This document shows, one piece after another, positions 24,381 through 36,805 of a stretch of 64,000 nucleotides of DNA (position 1 is the first letter of the stretch; the number at the start of each line of letters is the position of its first letter). The notes beneath the pieces are model-generated. The model did not search any database. It worked only from the letters and a program-made list of their open reading frames with translations, and was not told where the DNA came from. Origin of the DNA: Vermamoeba vermiformis (lineage: Eukaryota); NCBI GenBank assembly GCA_045837725.1, contig JBEWZL010000069.1, positions 1 through 64,000 on the forward strand. The letters are read 5' to 3'. The position numbers and the translations under genes are program-made.

Positions 24381-25285
24381 ATGGCGCAAAACGAGGATAT
24401 TACTAACAGTAACTACGGAAAGAAAGAGTTTTGGGATGGTCTATATGCGGATGATACAGCTAAGCGAGATTCGGATTGGTATCTGAACTACGAGGCTGCT
24501 AAGACTTTATTCGAGCCGATCTTGAAGAAAAATCATAAAATATTAATTATTGGGTGTGGCGAATCAGGTAATAATTTTTTTATGCAATATTAAGCGGTTT
24601 GAAACTCGCCTGATTTTTAATTATTTTGCGCCTTTTAGATTTTGGTTTCAAACTCTACGATGATGGATTTCAAGACATTACCTGCATCGACATATCCGAA
24701 GTTGTCGTGGAAAAAATGAACAAGGCCAAAGAGAGTCGTAGTATTAAGTGTAAGCAAGTTTCAAAGCACATCAGCTTGGAAGCGACCACTAACTTCCTTG
24801 CTATTAGTTATTGCCATGGACGCGAGCAAATTATCATTTGATGCTAAGTCCTTCGATATCATCATTGACAAAGGTAAAGAAATGTCAGAACGTAAATCCG
24901 GATTCAAGTTTGTGAACTGGCGAATTGGTTTACGTCTTTAGCTCCTTCTAAGGCATTAATATATTATTGAAGGTACTCTTGATGCATTGCTTACCGAAGT
25001 GGAAACGTTTTCAGTAGCAACAGACATTGCAAAACAGATCAAACGAGTTTTGAAGCCGGATGGACAATTCTTGATGATTACTTTTGCTGGTCCTGAAGTC
25101 TATCAATATGTGCTCGAAGAAGAAGGTGGTCTCGTTATTAAAGATTTGGGTACGTTGCAACTCGGTTTCATTACTCGATCTCGATACTCTCTTTTAATCG
25201 TCCGACATTAACGTCATATATTTCAGCGGAGATAGCACTACCTTGGGGTTCATATTATTTTTATCAAGTTTCTTCCGCGGAATAA
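24381..25285 (+). CDS. SAM-dependent methyltransferase (EEF1AKMT4/METTL13-like)
   Basis: YGKKEFWD..Y, DWY, ILIIGCG, CIDIS, FDIIIDKGTLDAL, RVLKPDG. Confidence 0.8.
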
Positions 25286-25353
25286 ATTCTATTCTTTTTG
25301 GGATCAAAAACGTCTATTCTTTTCTAACCGCAAAAACAAACGACCACGCAACA

Positions 25354-27448
25354 ATGGCAGGAATACCTACTCTTAGAACCGATGAAGCTATAAAGCGCTA
25401 TTGATGACGGAACGAGATTTAGAATTGGTGCAGAAGTGGAGCATTTGGAATTATCGACAGGTACCCTAATTACCAATTTATTTTTGGTTAAAAATACTAC
25501 TAATAGGAATTAATAGGAACAATAACCTGCCGTGCGTATGTTGAAGAAGCTTTAAGTAATAACACCTCCATCACCAGCTTGAAAATAAAGCACGCTTGGC
25601 ACACTGATCCGCAAAAAGTAGTGCCGCTTTTAGCTAGTGTGCAACACTCCAAAATTTTGCAAGAGCTTACCATAGTCAGTGAAAAAGACGAGATTTATGA
25701 CGCGCTAGGTGCTCTGCTAAAAGAGAATACTTCTATTAAGTCGCTCTCTATTACTGGTAAGTGGTGTAGTTTGAGAATTATAGACATTAATATTTTTCAG
25801 GTTTAGGCTACATGAAGAAATCGGAAGAATTTACCGCAGGTTTGGCAAGCAATTCGTCCTTGAAACTACTCGAGTTGCTTCCTTTTGCAAACCATAGCAT
25901 CGTAATGATAAACGAAAATTTTCGAAGAATTATCGCTGCGTTGCGGTTAAATCCAACAATTAAAAATTTATCAATCAAAAGTAAGTCACTCGTAACTATT
26001 CCTCTTGTTAATTCGTGAATAGGTGGCTCGGGAGAAGCTCGCTTCAGCATAACGCCCGACAGCACCCTGTCAGGTATGAACGCGCGAGTAGTATTATGTT
26101 TACTAACCCAAGTATCAGTTGCTCAGGCTCAGCGCGTATGCATCAGCATTGAACGAGAGGCACCCGCAGAAGAATTTCTCTTGTCTAGTAGTCCCGACTG
26201 GGAGGCGATGGCCAAGTTCTTGAAAGAGACCTGTCCTGCACGTATTACCGAAGGCCAGATCTACCCGCAAGATTGCAATTTGAGCAACAAGACTTTCGCG
26301 GACCAACTCGCCGTCCACTCAATTAGTCGACTGCTCAACGAAACGAAAGAGGAGACTAGTGCACTGGCATCCTCGCTCGCCGAAAAGAAGAAGAAATCCG
26401 AGTCTCTTGCTGCCAAACTGGACGAAGTACGAAGACAGCTTCTGGCATTGGAAACAGAACTGGGCCAAGTCAACGAGGAGATCAAATCGGAATCACACTC
26501 TTTAGCGGCAAAGAACTCTGCAGTGAACAACCTTCAAGCGAACTTGACCAGATTTCAAGCCTCGCTGAAGTCAAACGAACCAGCGTTAAAGAGATGGCAG
26601 CAGAAGTTGCAAACCGACCTCAGCACATGGAGTATTGAAGATGTGTCGCTCTTATTGGCAGAAGTTGGTTTGAACAGCTACGCACCAGTCTTTGCAACCA
26701 ACAATATTGATGGCTCAGCACTCGCGTGTCTTGACACCAATGATTTGATGACTCTTCGCCTGTCATTTGAAGACACCAAGAAGCTGCAAATGTACGTTCA
26801 CTTGGTTCAAACCCATCGCGATATCTACACGATACCTCCAGGAGTGCTGCAATGGAACAACGACACCGTGTGCACGTGGCTCGAAGACAACAAGTTTGGT
26901 CACTTGGTCGATGTCTTCAAGAAGAACCATGTACGTTAAATATTATTGTCGGTATAAGACCGATGTTAACATTGTGTTTCGTGTAGGTTACTGGTGTTGA
27001 ACTTGCATTCTTGGAGAAAGCGGATCTGACCAATCATTTGAAGATCGCTACTCTCGGCGACGTCGTTAAGCTTCAAAAAGAAAGCTCTAAGCTCAGAGAT
27101 TCGCTACGCAATGAACAAATCTTGGAACTGAAGGACAACAATAACGATCAACTAGCTCGTCAACTTGACGAAATGAAACGATTCAACGAAGAGCTCAAAT
27201 TAACTCTCAAACAACGTGAGACGAAGATACCCGAAGCGTTCATCTGTCCAATCACACAAGACATGATGCAAGAGCCAGTGGTCGCGAGTGACGGTCACAC
27301 GTACGAGAGAACAGCAATCGAACTGTGGCTGAAGAACAACAATACTTCTCCCATGACTGGTCTTCAATTGTCAAACAAACAACTCACTCCTTCGCACACT
27401 TTGAAGAGTATGATCCGCGAGTTCATTGACGCGAACAAGAAAAAATGA
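25354..27448 (+). CDS. LRR(RNI-like)-coiled coil-SAM-SAM-U-box E3 ligase, array copy A (apparent frameshift in exon 1)
   Basis: LRR-like ENTSIKSLSI; SAM motifs WSIEDVSLLL..VGL..Y..F..NNIDG and WNNDTVCTWL; U-box [35 protein letters not shown]. Exon 1 needs a frameshift near 25395 to match the paralogues. Confidence 0.8.
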
Positions 27449-27831
27449 AGTTTACAATACGAAAGGCCTCACCAATATTTGTTCAACAATAAACTGTAAT
27501 TCATGACGCTTAAAAAAATGAGGTGCCGATATTAATTGGCCAACCAAATCGAGACGTTCTTTCTTGTGGATTGCGTTGTCACGGAAGAGTTTTCTGTCAA
27601 ACAAGTTTCGGCGCCGCGCTAACGCAGTCAAATTCTGTAGATAGAGCAACCACGAGGCGATTTTGGAAAATACTCGAAAAGGTGTTCGCAGATCGCAAGT
27701 AGCTATTTCGCCCAAAATCAGCTCCTACCCAGCTTTGTAAATAATTACACCTTTTAATACAATAATATTTATTACTACAATTACGGCGAGAGAAGAATCA
27801 ATTCAATTTAAATCGTCAGTCAGTCTCGAAG

Positions 27832-30588
27832 ATGGCAATCCGTAATCCAGCAGCTGCGACTCCTCACGAGGCGCAATCAAATGCAGCCAAAAAATATTGC
27901 TTTGTTGAACAAAGCATGGTATGTATTATTTCTAAATATTTAATTGAAAAGGTAGATTCGAGCGATCTCCTCTCCTGGACACATTTGCAAATTGATACAA
28001 TATTAATTATTACAATTATATTTATTGATTATTTCAAATATATTTACATTACCATATTAATTATTATCCAAATTGCAGACACATCCCAAATTTTTGCACA
28101 GTAATTCAACAAGTCACATTTGGGCCTTCGGAGCAATAGCCGAACTCGTGGGTGCGTACTACTGAATATTACTATAGTTACGTAGCTAAAACATTGCACA
28201 GATAATGCGACAGATCCGGATGTTATGGCAACCAGATTTTGGATCGATGTCGAAGAAGAAAAAAACGGCCAACCTCGATTATGCTTCACCGATAATGGCT
28301 ACGGCATGGAAATCGATAAATTATACAAAATGCTGAGTTTTGGATATTGTGAGAAGGTACGTGACTGACTGACACGTATGGTGACTGACACGCGCGAATC
28401 CACTGCTTTTCGAATTTCAATTCCAAAGCTCTGTCTGGGGTTAAATTTACTTTATTATTAAAAACATGTCTAATTTCATAACCGTCAATGCAGGAAGAAG
28501 TCAATGGACATAAACCGATCGGTCACTACGGCAATGGATTCAAATCCGGTTCAATGCGTTTAGGCCGAGATGTAATCGTTTTTTCGAAATCAAAAAGTAC
28601 TTATAGCATTGGCATGTTGTCTCAAACCTTTTTATTCGCTGAAAATGCAACTTCAGTCCTCATTCCGATGGTTACGTGGGATGCGACTGGAAGTAAGTCC
28701 AATTAGAACACTGTTGCTACTTAAAAGTTGCTTACCGTTATATTTAGAGTGTCTTACAGAGCTTCAAGCTGCTGAGCAAAGTCTAGGTGCTATTCAAACC
28801 TACTCACCGTTCAAAACGATCCACGACATGATGAACAGATTCAAAAGAATACCTAATGGTACCAAGAGAGGCACTGGTACTCATATCGTTGTATATAATT
28901 TGCGAACAGTTGGTAAAGGTACGTATAATTAACTGGATCAACGTCAACAATAGCTAAAAATTTCAACAGAGCGGGATGCGCCATACGAGCTCGATTTTGA
29001 AACAGACCCATGTGATATTAGGATAGCCAATGTATTGGTAAGCGTTAAGGTCTTGGATATGCACCATATAATATGAATTCAGAGTCCTAAAGGCAAAAAG
29101 CTGCATTTCCAACAGCACCAAAATGGCCAGGGCACGCAGGTTAAAAGTCCGATTGATTTCTCGCTGCGAGTAAGTCTAGCAGTCCTATCTGCTTCTTTTG
29201 CAGCTAATGACACTATCTGCTATTAGGAATACTGTTCTATATTATATTCAAAGCCGAGAATAATTATCGTCTTGCGACGCACAAAGGTTCAACCAAAATT
29301 TGTAGATGCTTCACTTGCCAACCGTATGTTTGATGTTTATGTAAGTAACGGCTTTAATCTAAGCATATGAGCTTATATTTATTTCGCTACAAGACACTCC
29401 TTGGCACATTTCATTAATTTTTTTTGTATTGTAGAAAAACACGAGGATTACATTCGGCATGAACGTGGATAATCCTAATTTGTATGGCATCATGCTCTAC
29501 CACAGAAATCGCCTCATCAAACCATACTTGCGCGTCGGAATTCAAAATCAGATCAATCCAGATGCAGTTGGCGTCATTGGTATTATCGAGGCAGACTTCT
29601 TGCAACCGACGCATAATAAGCAAGACTTCGATATAAATACAAGAGTGTACAAGAACTGCATCCAGACACTCGCCACCAAGCTTGAGGCTTATTGGGAGTC
29701 ATACAAAAACAAATCTAGGTGGCAGCAAAAGCTACGCACTGACTTAGCTGACTGGAGCTCGGAAGACGTCCAGTTCTTGCTCTCTGAGATTGGACTCAAA
29801 GCGTACACCTCCGCTTTTGCAAGCCACAAGATTGACGGCGCCTTACTTTCAGCACTCGACACTTGTGATCTTACGTCAGCGAACCTCAAATTAACTTTTA
29901 AAGAAGCCAAACGTGTATTAATGTATGTCTATCTGGTTCAAGCACATCACGACATCTACACGATACCTCCGGGAGTGCTGCAATGGAACAACGACACCGT
30001 GTGCACGTGGCTGAAGGACAACAAGTTTGGTCACTTGGTCGATGTCTTTAGGAAACATCAGGTAAGTGAAATTTATTTAGACCACCAGTGCGATTGACTT
30101 GAGGTAAATAGATAACAGGAGCCGAGCTTGCTTTCTTGGAGAAAGTGGATCTAAACAATCACTTAAAAATTCAAGCTCTGGGCGACATCATTAAGCTGCA
30201 AAAAGAGATTTCGATACTTAAGAATTCGCTATCGAATGACCGTAGCTTGCAAAATCAACGCCAGAAAACCAATAACGTAAACAATGACTACGTTGCACGT
30301 CAACTCGAAGAGATGAAGCGATTCAACGAAGAGCTCAAACTGACTCTCAAACAACGTGAAACCAAAATACCTGAAGCGTTCATCTGCCCGATCATGCAAG
30401 ACATGATGCAAGAGCCAGTGGTCGCGAGTGACGGTCACACGTACGAGAGAACAGCAATCGAACTGTGGCTAAAGAGCGGCAACAGCTCTCCCGTGACAGG
30501 TCTTCAATTACCTAACAAACAACTCACACCTTCGCACACCTTGAAGAGTATGATCCGTGAGTTCATCGATGCCAAAAAGAAAAAGTAA
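27832..30588 (+). CDS. MORC GHKL-S5 ATPase fused to SAM-SAM-coiled coil-U-box
   Basis: MORC motifs as in the 1..1824 copy. Within one exon (ORF 29459..30097), [10 protein letters not shown]...LEAYW runs straight into WQQKLRTDLADWSSEDV (SAM). The last exon encodes the U-box. Confidence 0.87.
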
Positions 30589-30809
30589 CGAATGCACTTC
30601 GGTTATAAGATTTATCCTGCTCTCCACGCTTCTCCTTGCAAAAACCACCGTAAACCGTGAAACATTTCACTACTGCTTCTGCCACGCGTACCTTGGCACC
30701 TATTCTTTTGTGGAAAAGAATAGAATTCAATTTTGTGATTCATTTCAAAAAAGAAACACGACAAAACCGAACCATTCCAATTAATTTGATAACCCTACAA
30801 ACACTAGTG

Positions 30810-32955
30810 ATGGAAGCAATACCCACTCTTGGCACCGAGGCGGATATCAAAAACGCTATTACCCATGGCAAGCGTTTTAAAATTGCCTCATCAGTGAAGA
30901 GAATTGAGCTTTGGACAGGTAAATAAAATTTGAATAAAGGTTTTGATTAACCCTTAATTGCGGTAGAACAAATATTGAATCACTATTGCGTTGCGGATGC
31001 GCTGCAAGAAAACAATTCAATCACAGCAGTAAAACTAAACCACTCGTGGCAAACTCTTCCTACTAAATCGGCGCCTATTCTTGAAAGCTTACATGCATCA
31101 AAAGTCCTTCAAGAACTGGAAGTTGAGAGCAACAATGAGCGATTTTTTTCTTCTGTGGGAAATCTCTTAATGGAGAACTCGTCTCTTAAGTCCCTCTCGA
31201 TCATTGGTAAGTACTGTTTCGCTCTAGTAAATATGCTTATTTCAATTTGATAGGCTTCGGTTGCATGAACTCAGATCAGTTTTACAAGGGGCTGGAGGAT
31301 AATTCAAGCTTGGCTACGCTTGACGTAAGAACGTCAAGCTTGGCTACGCTTGACGTAAGAACGTTTGATAACTACAATCAGAGAGAAAAGATACACGACG
31401 ATTTCAAAAGAATTGTCGCTGCACTGCGGAAAAATCCTACCGTGTTGCGATTTGAAATTAGACGTGAGTTGAATTACTAATCATCTAATATTTAATCACT
31501 CTGATAATCCCTCTTTAGAGAATAATCCTAAATCCAAAAGTCTTGGATCCGTCGTATCTCCACACGCCGTTGTGACTGGTATGCAACTTAATACTTTCGA
31601 CTGCTGCTAACGGTTTCCAGACGATCTAGTGCACCTGTCCTTTCTAATCGAAAGAAGGTCCACAGACCAACTCGATGAACTCATTAGTAACTGCAATTGG
31701 GAACAGCTGGCCCAGTTTCTAAGAAGCAACTGCCAGACCGTACTCGTGAAAAAATTTTACTCTGAAGGACACAACTTGAGCACTAAAACCTTCGTAGATA
31801 AGCTGGCAATTCATGCGTTGCAGAAAATGGTAGAAGATGCGACCAACGAAAAGAACAAAATTCAATCCGAGACCGAGGAGAAACGCAAGCAGTTTTCGGC
31901 GCTAACCAAGAAACGCGACGAACTCCGAAAACAGCTGGATGGAGTCGAAGCAGATCTCATCAAAGTCGACTCGCAGATTCAGTCGAATAGCACGTTGCTA
32001 TCCGAGAAGAGCGCTGCCCAGCTGTTCCTTCGCGAAAATATGCAGGGCTTTGAAAATGCACTGAAGAAGAACGAGCCGGCTCTCAAGAAATGGCAGCAAA
32101 AGCTTCAAACGGACATTGGCACGTGGTCCTGTGAGGACGTGTCATTTTTGCTCACGGAGATTGGCCTTGGGAAATACTCGCAAGTCTTTGTGGCGAACAA
32201 AATTGATGGAACAGTGCTAAAAGCGCTCGAAACGAACGACTTGATATCGACTCTCGAAGTGTCTTTCAAAGAGGCCAAGAAACTTCTTATGTACGTGCAT
32301 CTAGTTCAAACCCAACACGACATATACGCAATACCTCCGGGAGTGCTACAATGGAACAACGACACCGTGTGCACGTGGCTGAAGGACAACAAGTTTGGTC
32401 ATCTCGTTGAAATATTCGTGAATCATCAGGTAGCGTTTGACATGTTAATACTACTCCTGTTAACCATACGCACAGATCTGTGGTGCGGAATTTGTCTTCC
32501 TAGAGAAGACAGAACTGACACGTCATTTGAAAATCCAAGCGCTTGGTGATGTTATTAAACTCCATTTGGAGATAGCGAAACTAAAGGACTCGCTAAAAGA
32601 CGAACACGGACTACAAGCACAACTTAAGACTGGCAACAGCAATGCAAGCAACAAGCAATTGGAGCGTCAACTCGAAGAGATGAAACGATTCAACGAAGAG
32701 CTGAAAAGCGCACTAAAGGAGAAGAAAACGAAGATACCTGAAGCGTTCATCTGCCCGATCACTCAGGACATGATGCAAGAGCCAGTGGTCGCGAGTGACG
32801 GTCACACGTACGAGAGAACAGCAATCGAACTGTGGTTGAAGAACAACAATACTTCTCCCATGACTGGCCTTCAATTGTCAAACAAACAGCTCACTCCTTC
32901 GCACACTTTGAAGAGTATGATCCGTGAGTTCATTGACGCTAACAAGAAAAAATAA
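30810..32955 (+). CDS. LRR-coiled coil-SAM-SAM-U-box E3 ligase, array copy B
   Basis: Starts MEAIPTLGTEADIK; LRR-like exons; same SAM and U-box motifs as copy A. Confidence 0.85.
31304..31363 (+). repeat. Perfect 2 x 30-bp in-frame tandem duplication (SSLATLDVRT x2) in the LRR region
   Basis: tcaagcttggctacgcttgacgtaagaacg occurs twice in tandem. Confidence 0.95.
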
Positions 32956-33124
32956 GCAACGTAACGATGCACCCGCATTACGGAATAATCATCATTTTTA
33001 TGATAACGATTAATAAATTACATTCTAGATCTATTCTTTGGAGAATTGGATCAAAATTTGTGTTTCTTGCCAATCAACCATTTTTCTGATCGCGTTACAA
33101 AGCAAGACTACAAGCAGTGTAAAT

Positions 33125-35224
33125 ATGATTAACACAAAAAACGACGTTGCAAGCCCAAGGAAGAAACGCAAAATAGGATCGGATGTAAAAAGTGTGGAAA
33201 TTGACCCGGGTAATTATTAATCATAATTATTTTGGCAAAAGAATTATTAATATTCGAAATTAATCAGGACCCCGCACTAATTTTCTCTACCTGGAAGAGG
33301 CTCTGCAAAATAATAAGTCACTGACGGATGTGACGATTCTCGCTGGCGGCGGCAGGAAATTCCAAACCGAATCTCTTGCTTTAATCCATTCACTTAATCA
33401 ATCAAAAACCCTTATTAGTCTTACTGTTGAATTTGGAGACCACCTCATTCTTACACCTCCGATCAGCACTTTTCTGCGACAAAACTCGTCAATTAAAACC
33501 CTAAATCTCGATGGTACTATCGCAAATATTTCTTTATAATTTCTAATATTATAAATTAGGTGTAATTGTACCCTCTTACGCAACACAACTTTTGGATGGG
33601 CTGGCTGCAAATTCTAGCTTGACCGAACTGACCCTGAATATAACCAGTGCCTACGGTCAATTCGAGTTTGAGAAGAAACTCAAGGAAGCACTTCTGAATC
33701 ACGGGAATATAACAAAATTTACTAAACGGGGTAAGAATTTCTGATCTCGGTCGATCTGTTTCTGATGAATGTTTCGCAGGGCACCAAAATGATAATTCAA
33801 TAGGTAGGTACAACTTAGACTAAACAATTATAATACCAACGTATTCTTAGTGACGCATACGGAGTTTTCCATTGAGCGAACGCTGTTCAAAGACAATCAG
33901 TTATGCACCATCGAAAATTTTATAAAGAGCAGCAATTGGGAAGAGCTGGCGAAATATTTGCAACAACATTGTGGCGAACACGTGATTCCAGAAATTTATC
34001 CGAGCGACCTTAGTTTAAGCACCAAAACATTCATCGATAACCTTGCCATTCATTCACTGAAAGGTTTGTTCCAAGAATCGCAGAAACGAGGCGCTACATT
34101 GCAAGGGCAGCTCGATGCCAATAATAGGACCATTGCTGGATTAAATAAGGAACGAAATGAATTACAACGAAAACTTAACGAGGTCGAATCAAGGATGAGA
34201 GCCGTAAACACAAATATACAAAAACAATCACGAGAATTGACTGACAGTACTCGTGTTCAAGAAAATCTTGCAACGAATATCCGTAATTTTCAAGCGTCGC
34301 TAAAGAAAAATGAACCAGCACTCAAAAAGTGGCAAAAACGCTTCAAACTGACTTTGCTACTTGGTCCAAGGACGATATAACGTTATTACTGAAAGAGACA
34401 GGCCTTGCACGATACTGTGGCTCCTTCCTGTCAAACAACATTGACGGCACGGTACTTCTGCAGCTCGAAACAAATGACCTGATCTCCGCTCTTGAGGTCT
34501 CATTCAAAGACGCCAAGAAGCTCTTGATGTATATACATTTGATCCAAACCCATCGCGATATCTACACGATACCTCCGGGAGTGCTGCAATGGAATAGCGA
34601 CACCGTGTGCACGTGGCTCGAAGACAACAAGTTTGGTCACTTGGTCGATGTCTTCAAGAAGAACAAGGTATGCGAAATACATTTAGGTCCCGAGCACGTG
34701 CTAATATAAAGGTATGATAGATCACAGGAGCAGATCTTGCGTTCTTGGAGAAAGCGGATCTGATCGGTCAACTACGGATCAAAAAAATTGGTGACGTAAT
34801 CAAACTTCAAAAAGAGATTTTGAGGCTAAAAGAATCAATACTAGACGACCGAAAGTTGCCAAATCAAAACATAGTCAACAATAATAACAACGTGGCTAAT
34901 AGTCAACTCGAACACCAACTGGAGGAGATGAAACGATTCAACAAGGAGCTGAAAATTGCACTTAAAGAGAAGAAAACGAAGATTCCTGAAGCGTTCATTT
35001 GCCCGATCACACAAGATATCATGAACGACCCTGTCTTCGCGAGTGACGGTCACACGTACGAGAGAACAGCAATCGAACTGTGGCTGAAGAACAACAATAC
35101 TTCTCCCATGACTGGTCTTCAATTGTCAAACAAGCAACTCACACCGTCACACACTTTGAAGAGTATGATCCGCGAGTTCATTGACGCGAATAAAAAAAAT
35201 GAATTATTACACTACCAAATGTAA
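33125..35224 (+). CDS. LRR-coiled coil-SAM-SAM-U-box E3 ligase, array copy C (two 1-nt losses in A-runs)
   Basis: Same architecture as copies A and B. Frameshifts near 34335 (caaaaa) and 35195 (A8) relative to the paralogues could be sequencing errors. Confidence 0.8.
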
Positions 35225-36681
35225 AACCGCAAATCACACCCGTGATTTTTGTCCCAAATCACGGAGTATCTCGTGTGATGTAAATTTATCACGCAAGATT
35301 CTACTCACGGCGTGAGGCAGCAGCTTTTGATACATACAATAGCACCTATGTATCATTTCAATATCAACACACGAAGTTTAAATTAAATTGTATCTTTATT
35401 TTTGTTCACACATTAACGATGAGATTATTAAGTATATGACATACGGTTGGACTTCAACATCGCATTTATTGCAGCAGAAATTTCATTCCAGTTAAGTCCA
35501 CTGCGTTGAATCAGGCTTAACTGGAGATTTCGCTTCCGACCTAACACGTTGCGCGTTGCCTAAGAAAAATGTATCAAATTATATATTTATTAATTTATTG
35601 ATGTGGATTATAGAAGATTTTACCTTGAAGGTCAAATCCATTTCGCAGATTAACACATCCAGTTCGCTGCCTAGAACAAAAATTTAAAAAAAGATAATTG
35701 TAATTGCAAACTTACCTTTAGTAGTAAGATATCATCGCCAAAATATTTTGAGACATTTCTTAACAAATAAAATTAAATTAATGTTCGTAATTTATTAATA
35801 TTAAAATTGATCTGGTCCGTAATTACTTACATTTGGTATCGCTGACACTCATAGAATAAAATATCTTACGTTCATTTGATATTGTCTGCATCACAGATGC
35901 AAGAAGCAATTAGATGAGTTTTTAAATTCGAAATTAATTACATACCACAGTTCATTTGCACTAATTATTAGTGAATTAAAGAGGTAATATTGCTAACATG
36001 CAGCTCTTTGTGGTGAAGTGTTGTTTAGTTTAATTTAATTTTTTCTTTGCTGCAGTTAAGCCCGCTACAGCGCAGCTGACTTAACGGGAAATTTCATCGG
36101 TCTCAATATCCTGCGGTTTGGTGGCTTTCAACAAATAAATTGCATTCTATAATAAAAACAAATACTATTAATATTAAGTGCTAGAATTGTCCTTACTTAT
36201 TACACTGTTGCCGGCACTGCACAGCTATGCATCATTTATCGCAGTGCTTGGTGCCACGGTGTGGAAATAAATCACTAGAGATCACGTGCCGAGATCACTG
36301 AGAGAATATAATCTCGGCGAGTTTCCGGGTTGCTACTTTTGGTAGTGTAAATGAAACTACCGAGGCAAGAATACTAAAAGTTCACAATTGTGATTTGCGG
36401 GGGAGAATTGGTTTTACAACTTTAATACCGCTCTAATTATATCTCCGAGCTGCACAATAATTGGCTTAATTACTCAATGCGGAAAGCTAGTCGTAATTAC
36501 TAAACTGCTTTGTGGTGCAGATCAGTTCGTTTTTCAAACTCAATTCAATTTTTCAATTGAACAACACAATACTTTCAATGGAAGATATTCCTTGTCTGAA
36601 CAATGATCAAGATATAAAAAGGGCTTATTTCGCAGGAACCCGCTTTAAAATTGCGCCGTCGATAACTCATCTGGATGTGTG

Positions 36682-36726
36682 ATCGGAAGGTATTGTAAAA
36701 ACCCATTTGGGTGTATTTCATTTATT
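36682..36726 (+). repeat. Left terminal inverted repeat
   Basis: atcggaaggtattgtaaaaacccatttgggtgtatttcatttatt. Confidence 0.9.
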
Positions 36727-36805
36727 CTTTGTGTGTAAAGTTTTCTTTTGCTTTTCTATTGTTCTTCAGTTTATTAGGCAGAATTAGCTAACACCAGAAT
36801 AAATA

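Noticed and set aside
34329-35224. Programmed frameshifting or true pseudogenisation of copy C
   Set aside because: Both shifts are single-base losses in A-runs, which is typical of long-read error. This cannot be decided without reads.
35428-36000. Small multi-exon minus-strand gene between array copies C and D
   Set aside because: Splice-like signals exist, but I could not join the exons in a consistent open frame.
35235-36263. Possible MITE bounded by CACACC(C)GTG / CACGGTGTG
   Set aside because: The match is short and imperfect, with no convincing target-site duplication.
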